The notes under the pieces were generated by a model that was given only the letters and a program-made list of their open reading frames with translations, did no database searches and was not told the origin of the DNA. Of a DNA stretch of 64,000 nucleotides, positions 10,196-19,702 are shown in pieces (the first letter of the stretch is position 1; every line of letters begins with the position of its first letter). The DNA comes from Deltaproteobacteria bacterium (GTDB lineage: Bacteria > JAGRBM01 > JAHCIT01): assembly GCA_026129095.1 (NCBI GenBank), contig JAHCIT010000003.1, positions 186,001 to 250,000 on the forward strand, written 5' to 3'. The position numbers were made by a program, and so were the translations under genes.

Positions 10196-10310
10196 TTTTT
10201 TCACTTTCCTTCACGGCTTTTCATCCCCGCTTAAGCGTTCTTTTCCCTTCCCTTGGTAGGATCGGTTTTGCCAGACGAGAGGGCCAGGCCGTCATCCAGA
10301 CCAAGGGGGA

Positions 10311-10697
10311 ATGGACGCCGTGAAAGCGCTCAAGTTTCTGATTGCCCACGAAAACCCTGTATTCCGCCGGATCCTGAAGCGTTATCTCGAATACCGCGGG
10401 TTCACGGCCATTCTGGCGGGAAGCGCCGTGGAGGCAGAGACGATCTCCCGGCTTGAACAGCCGGATATCGTTGTTGCGCCGGAAAAAATGGCAATCCATG
10501 GAAAGCTCAGGCTCGATGGACTGGTCCCGCCGGGGGCGGGCAGTCCGCTGACCATACTGCTGTCCGAAGCCGGACCGGAAACTGCCGACACGCCGGCCGC
10601 CGGAAGGGTCCTGCGGCTCAGCCGCCCGGAATTCATGGAACTGCTGCGGATCGGCCCGGCCCTCTTCGCGATCCTGGCAGGAATTGTCCAGCAGTAG
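10311..10697 (+). CDS. Degenerate receiver-domain protein
   Basis: REC-like secondary pattern (FLIAHEN..RRILKRYLEYRGF..QPDIVV) without the phospho-Asp. Confidence 0.55.
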   Translation: MDAVKALKFLIAHENPVFRRILKRYLEYRGFTAILAGSAVEAETISRLEQPDIVVAPEKMAIHGKLRLDGLVPPGAGSPLTILLSEAGPETADTPAAGRVLRLSRPEFMELLRIGPALFAILAGIVQQ

Positions 10698-10700
10698 GGA

Positions 10701-12185
10701 TCAGGCCGCCTGGTCACGGGCCAGGACGCGCCGGGCAGGCATCTTCCGGGCCGACATGAACTTTTCGTCGAGCCTGATGCCGAACCGGGCCACCGAGGGC
10801 GGCCGGTTTTCTTCCTCAAGGATATAGCGGAGATAGCACTCGTGGAAATTGCCTGAAGCGCCGAGCTTCTGGAAGATGGCGTTCAGGCCGAACGTAATCC
10901 GGTTGAAGAAGATAAGTTCCGGCGGCAGGTTCATCTGCCGGAGCTTCACCGGGTCCATGATGTCGCGTGCGCGGGAGACCCATTCGGCAGTGAAGGTGAA
11001 CACCTCGTTCTTGATAAACGGGGCGGCGTGATAGCTGAAAAACTCCCACATCCAGTCCTTGTCATAATTCCGGCCGGGCAGGACGATTTTTATTTTCTGG
11101 ATGTAGTCGTGGAACGTCGCATGGTCACCTTCGACAAGGGCCCGGTTGAGCCGGAGCAGGTCCGTGATGAAAGCGGGTTCGAAATACTTGATGCAGCCGA
11201 AATCGAGGAAGGTGATCCCGCCGTCCTCATGGAACAGGTAGTTGCCGGGGTGCGGATCGCCGTTGAAGACGAAAAACCGGTTCATGGAATCGAATACAAA
11301 ATCGTTCAGCACGTAGATGGCCGTCTCGCGTTCCCTGCTGTTCGACTGCTTGAGGAAATCGTAGAAACTGAGCCCCCGCTTGAACTCCTGGCAGAGGACC
11401 TTCTTGGCCGAGAATTCCGGGTAAACCCGCGGGATATGAATCAGGGGGTGCCCGTTCCAGAGTTCATGAAAAACCTGCTGGTTGCGAAGTTCCTGCCGGT
11501 AGTCCAGTTCATCCAGCAGCCGCTCCTTCAGTTCGGCCACGACGGCGTTGGCGTCGATATTCTTGTTGACGCTGCTGATCATGAACGCGAGCCCCTGCGA
11601 TGCCTTCAGGTCGTTCTCGATCGCCGTGTCGACTCCCGGGTACTGCACCTTTACCGCCACGTGCGAACCGTCGTGGAGCTGGGCCTTGTGGACCTGTCCG
11701 ATGGATGCCGCGGCGAGCGGCTCCTCGTCGAAATGCCTGAAAAACTTTCCGATGTCGCCCTTCAGCTCCGATTCGATCACGCCGCGGACCAGGCTGAATG
11801 CCATCGGCGGGGAATCCTTCTGGAGACTCTGCAGCATCTCGCGGGCCTGCGGCGGAAGGTCGTCGTTGGTGAACGAGACAATCTGGCCGAGCTTCATGAA
11901 CACGCCCTTCATGCTGCCCATGACCTTGACGGCTTCTTCCGCCGACTGGATGTGATACTGCTCCTCAAGACGCTTTTTCTGTTCATGGCTGGCAATCATC
12001 TGGCGGAACCGGAGCCAGAGCTTGCGGAAGACGGAGCGGGTGACCAGCGACCCCACCAGCGTCGAACGGGTCGCCATCGAGGTGGAAATGCCGGCCTCGT
12101 TCCGGTGCATGGCCACCCGGCCAAGCCAGAACAGGATACCAGCGGCGGTAATCAAGGCGGCAGCGATAAGAAGATATGCGCCCAT
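10701..12185 (-). CDS. ABC1/UbiB (ADCK) atypical kinase
   Basis: MKLGQ, AAASIGQVH, VAVKVQYPG, DPHPGN, LDFG. Confidence 0.93.
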   Translation of the reverse strand: MGAYLLIAAALITAAGILFWLGRVAMHRNEAGISTSMATRSTLVGSLVTRSVFRKLWLRFRQMIASHEQKKRLEEQYHIQSAEEAVKVMGSMKGVFMKLGQIVSFTNDDLPPQAREMLQSLQKDSPPMAFSLVRGVIESELKGDIGKFFRHFDEEPLAAASIGQVHKAQLHDGSHVAVKVQYPGVDTAIENDLKASQGLAFMISSVNKNIDANAVVAELKERLLDELDYRQELRNQQVFHELWNGHPLIHIPRVYPEFSAKKVLCQEFKRGLSFYDFLKQSNSRERETAIYVLNDFVFDSMNRFFVFNGDPHPGNYLFHEDGGITFLDFGCIKYFEPAFITDLLRLNRALVEGDHATFHDYIQKIKIVLPGRNYDKDWMWEFFSYHAAPFIKNEVFTFTAEWVSRARDIMDPVKLRQMNLPPELIFFNRITFGLNAIFQKLGASGNFHECYLRYILEEENRPPSVARFGIRLDEKFMSARKMPARRVLARDQAA

Positions 12186-12252
12186 TCCGGGCCTCCCGGC
12201 CTGCGATTGTTGCCGATTTTCCCTTAAAGGGAAGGGGGCGTACCGCTACCGG

Positions 12253-13536
12253 TCAGTCATGGTGTCCGTGACGGCCGTGATGCCCTTCATGGGTTCTGCC
12301 ATGCTGGCCGATGGTGAACTGAAGCTGCCCGAACAGTTCATGCACCCCGCCAGCCAGGGCCAGCTTGTCGTAATTGTACTGCATGCGAAGCCGGACGAAC
12401 TCGGAGAAGTGGTACGACACCGACGAGCCGATACGCCACTGTTCCAGTCCGGTGTGGAACCCGGTCAGTTCCGGGTTGGCGATCAGGGGCGGATTGGGTC
12501 CGCGAAGGGTTGACGGAAGTCCCACGTAGTCGAAACGGGCAGCCAGCTGCCAGTGTTCATCCGGGCAAACCTCGACAGCCGTGTAGATTCCCCCTTCAGC
12601 AAGACGTCCACCGGGCAGTTCCGCTTCCCGGTGGATGTATTCAGCCTGGAATGCCGCATACCGGTGGTGATCCCGGTCGTGCCACCGGAGCTGGATATCA
12701 CCTCCCCACAGATAGGTGCGGTTCCGGCTCCAGAATGCCGGTCCGGCAGAATCGTTCGGTCCCTGGGCAAACGATCCGCCGAGCCGCAGGTACAGGGATT
12801 CGGAGATATCCCAGTCCTGCCTGAGATGCAGGTTCGTGAGGAAGTGCCGCAGGCTTTCCGTGCTTTCGGCCGGAACGCCGAAACTCACGTCGTTGTCGGC
12901 CGTCTGGATAGAACCCGTCAGTTCCACATGCCAGGGCAGGGGAAGTTCCCAGGACAGTTCCGCGCCAAGCCCCCGGAGCTGTTCTCCGCCGAAGAACCTG
13001 CGGTTGACGAGCGGCATGTCCACAAATGGCGAGGCTTCAAGAAAGTGCACGGTATTGAACTGCCCGAAAGCGGTATAAAACTGCCCGGCACGGGCACTGA
13101 ATCCGCCCGGAATCTCGCGTGCAGTCAGAAAGCCTTCCTCGATTTCAACACCGTCACGGTCAAAGGCAAGGAACAGGTCGGCACGGAAGTGGTGATCCAG
13201 CTCTGCCTGGAAGGCGATTTCGAGGGCCTGGAGCTGCATGCCGAACCCCCTGGTCAGGGAGAACGGTTCATGTTCATCGAGGCGCGGCGTCGGCGCGTCT
13301 GAGTAGTAGTGGAAGTTCTGTACCCAGTTGGCGGAGATATCGACAACGGAATCTCCGGCGCGAAGCTGTGGCCGTTTCAGGGTTTCCCGCCAGCCGGGTT
13401 TATCTTGCGGCTGTTCCTGTTCGGTGGGCTGCTCCGAACCGGGCGTGGCCGGCGGAGTATCACCGGCTATGGCTTGAGCGGGGGAACCCGCCAGAAGGGA
13501 AACCACAAGGGTTGCCTGTACAAATCTTTTCAGCAT
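12253..13536 (-). CDS. Outer-membrane beta-barrel with His-rich C-terminus (putative metal uptake porin)
   Basis: Signal peptide; EIEEGF, RAGQF..FG..N..H; SEFVRLRMQY; tail GQHGRTHEGHHGRHGHHD. Confidence 0.75.
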   Translation of the reverse strand: MLKRFVQATLVVSLLAGSPAQAIAGDTPPATPGSEQPTEQEQPQDKPGWRETLKRPQLRAGDSVVDISANWVQNFHYYSDAPTPRLDEHEPFSLTRGFGMQLQALEIAFQAELDHHFRADLFLAFDRDGVEIEEGFLTAREIPGGFSARAGQFYTAFGQFNTVHFLEASPFVDMPLVNRRFFGGEQLRGLGAELSWELPLPWHVELTGSIQTADNDVSFGVPAESTESLRHFLTNLHLRQDWDISESLYLRLGGSFAQGPNDSAGPAFWSRNRTYLWGGDIQLRWHDRDHHRYAAFQAEYIHREAELPGGRLAEGGIYTAVEVCPDEHWQLAARFDYVGLPSTLRGPNPPLIANPELTGFHTGLEQWRIGSSVSYHFSEFVRLRMQYNYDKLALAGGVHELFGQLQFTIGQHGRTHEGHHGRHGHHD

Positions 13537-13588
13537 GGCAGACTGTCGGAATCCTTATTGCAAAACTATGCGTTTAATCGCCAGCAAA

Positions 13589-13617
13589 CCAATACTGGCA
13601 GGCCGGGGGACTGTCAA
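13589..13617 (-). promoter_or_regulatory. Putative sigma70 promoter for His-tailed porin
   Basis: Minus strand TTGACA-N17-TATTGG. Confidence 0.4.
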
Positions 13618-13651
13618 CCCCGGATTGTTCTGGTAGTGCTGGATTGAAAGC

Positions 13652-14974
13652 TCAGGAGCCTTCGGAGTTGTCGCTGTCTCGCTTGGCCATCACTGGGTTG
13701 GCAGTATCTTCGATGGTCAGGCCAAAAATCTGCTGGACGACACTGGCGGCGAGTCCGTCGGTGAAGCCTGCCTCTTCCTTCTTCAGCACAGTAATCGGCT
13801 CGTGTAGGAACTTCTTGAGAAGGGATTGCGTCAGGTAGTCGATCTTTTCGGCCAGTTCCGGCGGCAGATTGGGCTGACGGCCCATGACCCGTTCGATTTC
13901 GGCCCGCCTGATCGCATCATACTTGTTCTGGAGCTGGCGGATTGTCGGCACGACGCGAAGGCTCTTGAGATAAAGCGGAAATTTTTCCACCTCTTCGGCG
14001 ACAATCTGTTCGGCCTTCTGGGCTTCCAGATGCCTGTTCTGGAGGTTGCGGGCGACAACCCGGTCCAGATCGTCAATGTCGTAGACGTAGCATCCCTCCA
14101 CGCGGCTCACATCGGCGTCGATGTTCCGGGGGAGGGCGATGTCGATAAGAAAGACCGGCCGGTATCGCCGGGCCCTGGCCACTTCCTCCATGAGTGCATG
14201 GTCAATGAGGATATCCGGTGAGGCCGCCGAGGCAATCACCACGTCGGCAGTAACCAGGTGCTGGCGGATATCGGTCAGTTCGGCCGCCTGACCCCGGAAC
14301 TCCTCGGCCAGCTTGACCGCATTGGAGAGCGAGCGGTTGGCCACGGTGATATTCCTGAGTCCGGTGGACAGGAGATGCCGGGCGGTTAGCTCGGCCATTT
14401 CACCCGCGCCGATCAGCAGGGCTGTGCGCTCGCTGAGGTCGTTGAAGATTTCCCGTGCCAGTTCAACCGCGGCGTAGCCGATAGATACGGCATTCTCGGC
14501 AATGGCCGTTTCTGTCCGGACCCGTTTCCCGACACTGAAGGCCCGGTGAAAAAGCTTGTTCAGCACGGGGCCCGTTGCCTCGCCATCGGCGGCATTCTGA
14601 TAGGCGTCCTTCATCTGGCGGAGGATCTGTGGTTCTCCCACCACCATCGAATCGAGTGAACTGGACACCCGGAAAATGTGCCGGACCGCATCCAGTGACC
14701 GGTACGCATAGCTGTGATGCCGAAGCATGGTTGCCGGAAGCTCCCGCTGCCGGGAAATTGCCTCATAGACCTCTTCGGCACCGGCATCGGAATTGGCCGC
14801 CACCCCGACGAACTCCGTCCGGTTGCAGGTGGACAGGATGACCGCTTCCCGGAAACTGCCCTTGTGGATCAGTTCCAGGGCGGTTGCCCGGGCCTGCTCC
14901 GGCGTGAAGGCGAGCTGTTCCCGGATCTCGATATCCGCCGTGCGGTGGTTGACGCCTACCAGCAGGATATCCAT
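13652..14974 (-). CDS. hemA: Glutamyl-tRNA reductase
   Basis: LSTCNRTE, SLDSMVVGEPQI, IGAGEM, DIALPRNID. Confidence 0.97.
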   Translation of the reverse strand: MDILLVGVNHRTADIEIREQLAFTPEQARATALELIHKGSFREAVILSTCNRTEFVGVAANSDAGAEEVYEAISRQRELPATMLRHHSYAYRSLDAVRHIFRVSSSLDSMVVGEPQILRQMKDAYQNAADGEATGPVLNKLFHRAFSVGKRVRTETAIAENAVSIGYAAVELAREIFNDLSERTALLIGAGEMAELTARHLLSTGLRNITVANRSLSNAVKLAEEFRGQAAELTDIRQHLVTADVVIASAASPDILIDHALMEEVARARRYRPVFLIDIALPRNIDADVSRVEGCYVYDIDDLDRVVARNLQNRHLEAQKAEQIVAEEVEKFPLYLKSLRVVPTIRQLQNKYDAIRRAEIERVMGRQPNLPPELAEKIDYLTQSLLKKFLHEPITVLKKEEAGFTDGLAASVVQQIFGLTIEDTANPVMAKRDSDNSEGS

Positions 14975-14975
14975 G

Positions 14976-15854
14976 TCAGTCGGGCGCTCCCGGTTGTTTG
15001 GGTTCTTGGGACGGGGAGGTGCCGTGGAACAGCATGTCTCCCGAAACCCCGCGCACGAGTTTTGCGCTCATGAACCCCGAAAAGGCGACCGCGAAGCAGA
15101 CGATGGATCCCAAGGCCGCCCGGCGCGCGCCGATGCTGCCGGTGCTCCGCGCCACCAGAAGTCCGGTATACAGCAGCCAGCACAGGACGAATACAACAGT
15201 GAACGGATCGGAGAATGTTTCGATCCGGCGGATCACGAACACCTTGATGATCCCCAACGCCAGGCCGCCGGAAAACAGGACATACCCCCAGTTGATTCCC
15301 AGCCGGTTGATCCGGTCCAGCGTGTCCAGCGGGGGAATGATGTGGCTGGGCGCGGAGTGCCGGTTACGGAGCCTCCTGTCCTGGAATGCATACAGTCCCG
15401 ATGCGATGGCCGCGATGCTGAACAGTCCCGCGCCGATGGCCGCGGCCGCCACATGGACCGTCGTCCAGACGACCAGCACCGTGGCCCGTTCGGCGACCTC
15501 GATCTGGCGTTCCTGGGTGATGAGTCCCAGCGTAAGGTGCAGGGCCGCGAGGGGAACGGCGATGGCACCGATCGTTCGCGTATGGAACCGGTTGTAAAAA
15601 ATAAGATACAGGCCGACTGTCGAAAGGGAAAGAAAGACGAACAGGTCGGCACTGGTCGAGAAGAGCCGTGCGTCGCGCATCAGGTGAACGAGCAGGAGCG
15701 CGATTGTCAGTGTCGCGCAGGCGCCGACCGTGCTCCACCGGGCGGTTTGTTCCCAGAATGGACGCCTCTTCTTTGCTGTCAGCAGGAGCCAAACGTGAGC
15801 CACGCCGGAGACGAACAGGAGGTGCAGGGCGATGATCAGGAGGATTTTATACAC
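14976..15854 (-). CDS. CcsA/HemX-like cytochrome c assembly family membrane protein
   Basis: Multiple TM segments, conserved His (TVHV), PPLDTLDRIN; directly upstream of hemA. Confidence 0.8.
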   Translation of the reverse strand: MYKILLIIALHLLFVSGVAHVWLLLTAKKRRPFWEQTARWSTVGACATLTIALLLVHLMRDARLFSTSADLFVFLSLSTVGLYLIFYNRFHTRTIGAIAVPLAALHLTLGLITQERQIEVAERATVLVVWTTVHVAAAAIGAGLFSIAAIASGLYAFQDRRLRNRHSAPSHIIPPLDTLDRINRLGINWGYVLFSGGLALGIIKVFVIRRIETFSDPFTVVFVLCWLLYTGLLVARSTGSIGARRAALGSIVCFAVAFSGFMSAKLVRGVSGDMLFHGTSPSQEPKQPGAPD

Positions 15855-15939
15855 GGCGTCAGCTTTACCAAGTATCCATTAGCCGTTCACTGAATCAACT
15901 GGCATTTGTCATCCTGTGCATTTCATTAAGTGGTGAGGG

Positions 15940-15975
15940 TTGCCCTTTCACGAAGAAGTTGCATACAATGTACAA
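15940..15975 (+). promoter_or_regulatory. Sigma70 promoter of GntR gene with overlapping candidate operator
   Basis: TTGCCC-N18-TACAAT; TTGCATACAATGTACAA overlaps the -10, resembling FadR-subfamily operators. Confidence 0.5.
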
Positions 15976-15998
15976 AGGGGCTGCTCTGGAGTCGTAAA

Positions 15999-16721
15999 TT
16001 GGCGAAACCACTTCTGAAATTTGACAGCCATCTGACGCTCCGTGAGCGTATTGTCGAGACTGTCCGCGATGCGATCATCCGGGGCAACCTGAAACCTGGT
16101 GAACGGGTAGCTGAGAGCGAAGTAGCCCGGTCCCTTGGTATCAGTCGGACCCCGATCCGGGAGGCGTTTCGCCAGCTGGAAAGCGAGGGTTTCCTGACCG
16201 TAGTGCCCCGCAAGGGGGCCGTGGTCAGTTCCTTCAGCGAAAAGGATATCGAGGAGTTCTACGATCTGAAGGCGCTGCTGGAGGGCGAGGCCGCCCGGCT
16301 GGCCCAGCCCCGCATGGGGGCCCGCGAGATCGGCCGCCTCAAGGAACTGAACGAAACCATGCGGGCGGCTGCCGTCCGGGGAGACGCCCGTGCGGTATTC
16401 CGGGCCCATAACGACTTTCACCTGACCTTCGTGGACCTGTGCGGAAACGACAAGCTGCGCGACCTCATTCACCAGCTTATGTCCCAGTTTGCGCGTTTCC
16501 GTTATCTGCTGTCGGTCAAGGGGGAGATCGCCGACTCCCTGCGCCAGCATGAGGAGATTATTGCCGCTTTCGAGGCAGGAGATGCGCTCAAGGTGTCTGG
16601 TCTGGTGCGGGAAAATGCCCGGACCGGCGCTCAGAACATCCGCGATAAGATCCTTCGTGCCCCGGCGGCAGACGCCCCGGAAACCCCGGAACGCCGGGCT
16701 GCCACGGCGTCAACTCCTTGA
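15999..16721 (+). CDS. GntR family regulator (FCD domain)
   Basis: LKPGERV.E...GISRTPIREA HTH; HNDFH and QHEEI FCD His residues; TTG start with GGAG RBS. Confidence 0.92.
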   Translation: MAKPLLKFDSHLTLRERIVETVRDAIIRGNLKPGERVAESEVARSLGISRTPIREAFRQLESEGFLTVVPRKGAVVSSFSEKDIEEFYDLKALLEGEAARLAQPRMGAREIGRLKELNETMRAAAVRGDARAVFRAHNDFHLTFVDLCGNDKLRDLIHQLMSQFARFRYLLSVKGEIADSLRQHEEIIAAFEAGDALKVSGLVRENARTGAQNIRDKILRAPAADAPETPERRAATASTP

Positions 16722-16758
16722 AAACCGGCTGTTTTTCGGCCATTGATGTGGCCCGCGT

Positions 16759-17364
16759 ATGTCGACGACTATCTTGGATTCGAGAGTTCTGGTACTGAAC
16801 CGGCTGTTCCAGCCGATCAATGTCATTACGCTGCGCCGTGCGATCGTGATGTTCTACCAGGGGCTCGCGCGCGCCGTGACGCCGGAATACGAGACGTTCG
16901 ATTTTGATTCATGGACTGCTCTCTCGGTGGCCGTGCATGAGGAACAGATCGGCCTCGTCAACGGCGGTATCCGGGTTCCGCGCGTGATCCTGGTCCGCCA
17001 GTGCGACTGGGTTCCCCGGCGTCATGTGAAGTTCAACCGGGCGTCTATCTTCGCCCGTGACCGGAACCGCTGCCAGTACTGCGGGAAGAACTTTCCGCGT
17101 TCCGAACTGAATCTGGACCATGTGGTTCCCCGCTCTCAGGGAGGCCGGACGACGTGGGAAAACATCGTCTGCTCCTGCATCCAGTGCAACCGCGTGAAGG
17201 GTGGCAATACCCCCGACCAGGCTGGCATGAGGCTGGTCCGGGAGCCGTTCAAGCCCGCCTGGTCGCCCATCGCCAACCTGCCGGTTTCGGTCGGAATACA
17301 CCGGGACTGGACTCCATTTCTTGTCTCCACGGCCTACTGGAACGTGGAACTCCAGCAGGACTGA
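16759..17364 (+). CDS. HNH endonuclease (HNH_5/McrA-like)
   Basis: VLVLN N-terminus; [34 protein letters not shown]. Confidence 0.9.
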   Translation: MSTTILDSRVLVLNRLFQPINVITLRRAIVMFYQGLARAVTPEYETFDFDSWTALSVAVHEEQIGLVNGGIRVPRVILVRQCDWVPRRHVKFNRASIFARDRNRCQYCGKNFPRSELNLDHVVPRSQGGRTTWENIVCSCIQCNRVKGGNTPDQAGMRLVREPFKPAWSPIANLPVSVGIHRDWTPFLVSTAYWNVELQQD

Positions 17365-17394
17365 TACCGGGCGGCCGGTACATGAGGCGGAGCA

Positions 17395-18369
17395 TTGCAG
17401 TCAGCATCACAAAAGGTTCCGCACACCTTTGCCATTGCCGGCGGCAAGGGAGGTATCGGCAAGAGTTTTACTTCCGTCCACCTGTCGATTGCACTCGCCC
17501 GGCGGGGCTACCGCACGCTTCTGGTTGACTGCGACCTGGGCGGATCGAACCTCCATACCTGCCTCGGCATCCAGCCCCCGGCAGTCTCCTTTCTGGATCT
17601 CCTTGATGCCGAAACCCCCGCCCAGGCGGCCGGTGTCGTCGTCCTGACGAACGAACCCAACTTGCGGTTCGTCAGCGGGGCCAACGACCCCCTGCATGTC
17701 CCCCTGATCAAACCGGCCCAGCGGAAGCGGGCCATCGAGCAGCTCAGATCCTTGGCTGGGGACGTTCTGGTGCTGGACATTGGGGCTGGAACGAGCGGGG
17801 ACCGGGTCGATTTCTTCCTGCACGCCGATACGGGGATTGCCCTGACCACGCCGGAGCCGACGGCCATCGAAAATGCCTACCGGTTCCTGAAAGCCGTGTT
17901 TTATCGCAAACTTGCACAAACTCCCCTGAATGAAAAAGCAAAGCAGTATCTCTCGGATCTCCTCTACCGGACAGGGGCGGGCAAGCTCCCCACGCCCGTG
18001 CAGATGGTAGCGGGGTTGCGGGAACTGGACCCGGCCGGGGCGTCGGCGCTCATGGCCGCTCTGGACCGGCTGGACCTTGGACTAATCATTAATCAGTTAA
18101 GGATTGACGCAGACCGGTCCCTGGGAACAGCGATGGCAACCGCCAGCCGCCGGTATTTCGGTTTAACGGTTCACAACTTTGGTGAAATCCGGTATGATGA
18201 CCTTGTTTGGCAGAGTCTCCGGAAACGGATGCCGCTCTACAGCTTCCGGCCCGATGCAGCGGCCGTTGCGGATATAGAGCGCGTCGCGGACCGGCTTGCA
18301 GGGCGATTGACAGTTACGTCAATGGTGGACCAGGTGGAACGTGAGCAACGGGCTTCCCAACCTGTATGA
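17395..18369 (+). CDS. MinD/FlhG-like ATPase
   Basis: GGKGGIGKS deviant Walker A, VDCDLGGSNL, LDIGAG, TPEPTAIENAY. Confidence 0.88.
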   Translation: MQSASQKVPHTFAIAGGKGGIGKSFTSVHLSIALARRGYRTLLVDCDLGGSNLHTCLGIQPPAVSFLDLLDAETPAQAAGVVVLTNEPNLRFVSGANDPLHVPLIKPAQRKRAIEQLRSLAGDVLVLDIGAGTSGDRVDFFLHADTGIALTTPEPTAIENAYRFLKAVFYRKLAQTPLNEKAKQYLSDLLYRTGAGKLPTPVQMVAGLRELDPAGASALMAALDRLDLGLIINQLRIDADRSLGTAMATASRRYFGLTVHNFGEIRYDDLVWQSLRKRMPLYSFRPDAAAVADIERVADRLAGRLTVTSMVDQVEREQRASQPV

Positions 18370-19210
18370 ATTGCTTGAGCTGACCCCCGTCGCGGGGCGC
18401 AGCGAGATCATCGACGCCCTCCGCCGCCTGCGGTACCTGTATTCCCCCGAATCCGAAGCGACCTACACGCTTTTTTCCGACGACGAACGGCAGCGCACGC
18501 TGATGGAACTGGATCAGGCCGAGTTTCACCTGCTCGACACGGAACGGCGCACTCGGTACGACCGCGAGGTCCTGGGTATCGGCGGCACCCGTCACGAGCT
18601 TCCTGTGCCAGCCCATCTCCAGGCGGCTCCGGCCGCGCTGGAGACATCCCGCCAGCCGATCGGTTTCCGGCCGCCCGCGGCTGAAGCGGCTGCCACGCCT
18701 TTGCCGCGTCCGGCTGTACCTGTGCAGACTGTGGCCAGCATTTCGTCGCTGCCGCCCCCGCCGCGGCCACAGCCGGTGGTTGCGGCTCCAGCACCGGCTG
18801 CGCCTGCAAACCAGCCTGATCCGGTGGCCCGTCCGGTCGCCATGCGTCCGGCTCCGGTAAAGCCGGCTTCCGTCATTCCGCACAACACCGCTCCGGTCCC
18901 GGCAAATGCCCCCGCCAAGAACCGTCCCGATCCGGCAAGCTTTTTCAACGAAGCCAACGACTATACCGGCAAGAACCTGCGCCGGTACCGGGAGGCGACC
19001 GGCTTCAGCATCCGCGAACTGGCTGCCATTACCCGGATATCGCCCCAGCACCTGGAGAACATCGAGGGCGACGAGTTCGGGATGCTCCCGGCGCCGGTTT
19101 ATTTGAAAGGATTTTTGAAGAGCTACTGCCGTGTAGTGGGCCTGAACCCGCAGCCGGTGATTGACGGTTACCTGAACCACGTTCGGATATTTATGGAGTT
19201 ACATAGGTAA
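18341..19210 (+). CDS. J-domain-like + Pro/Ala linker + RodZ-like HTH protein
   Basis: NLYELLEL...LLDTERRTRYD J-like (YSPE instead of HPD); G..LR..RE..ITRIS...LENIE...LPAPVYLKGFLKSY RodZ HTH. Confidence 0.85.
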   Translation: MSNGLPNLYELLELTPVAGRSEIIDALRRLRYLYSPESEATYTLFSDDERQRTLMELDQAEFHLLDTERRTRYDREVLGIGGTRHELPVPAHLQAAPAALETSRQPIGFRPPAAEAAATPLPRPAVPVQTVASISSLPPPPRPQPVVAAPAPAAPANQPDPVARPVAMRPAPVKPASVIPHNTAPVPANAPAKNRPDPASFFNEANDYTGKNLRRYREATGFSIRELAAITRISPQHLENIEGDEFGMLPAPVYLKGFLKSYCRVVGLNPQPVIDGYLNHVRIFMELHR

Positions 19211-19333
19211 AAGTGCATCTGCTTCGCTAGATAGATCTTCGCCGCAACCAGATCATTGACCTTTCCCGAACTTTCGTAATACTATCACCACGTTAGAAAC
19301 TTCCGTCCCCGGAAAGTTCAGGTACCTAAAACC

Positions 19334-19594
19334 GTGGCCCTCATAACGGATCCCCAGGCAGCGCGTCGACTGGCACGAGCGATCGTCTCGGACGTCGAGC
19401 TGTACAACGGCGAAAAGATCAAGACGGCCATCGAGCAGGACAACCTGTTCGATGCCCTCAAGGATGAAATAGAGGAGGGCCGGGCGCTGTTCCACGAGCG
19501 AGTGGACCAGTCGCAGCGCGGCAACCTGTTTGATCTGGCGATTGTGGACGTGCTCCTCAAGCACAGTGCCAAATACAAGTCGAAAATCTGGTGA
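19334..19594 (+). CDS. romX: RomX-like protein (partner of RomR in MglA GEF complex)
   Basis: 86 aa; RLARAIxSD..LYN..KI...IEQDNLF..LKDEIEEGR..RV...KSKIW matches my recollection of Myxococcus RomX. Confidence 0.75.
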   Translation: MALITDPQAARRLARAIVSDVELYNGEKIKTAIEQDNLFDALKDEIEEGRALFHERVDQSQRGNLFDLAIVDVLLKHSAKYKSKIW

Positions 19595-19702
19595 TTGGCG
19601 GACCTGATGTTCGCAATGGCAAACCCAGCGGCGATGGACGCCGCGACGGCGGTTATCCCGTTCCGCCGCTTCCTGTGCCCTGATCCGGGCGGGGCTGTTG
19701 CC

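Noticed and set aside
9366-13536. Genomic island integrated at tRNA-Ala
   Set aside because: No integrase, no duplicated tRNA 3' end noticed, no evident compositional shift
16759-17364. RNA-guided or homing HNH (IscB/Cas9-like, intron-encoded)
   Set aside because: Only 201 aa, no RuvC motifs, flanking gaps of 30-37 nt leave no room for an ncRNA
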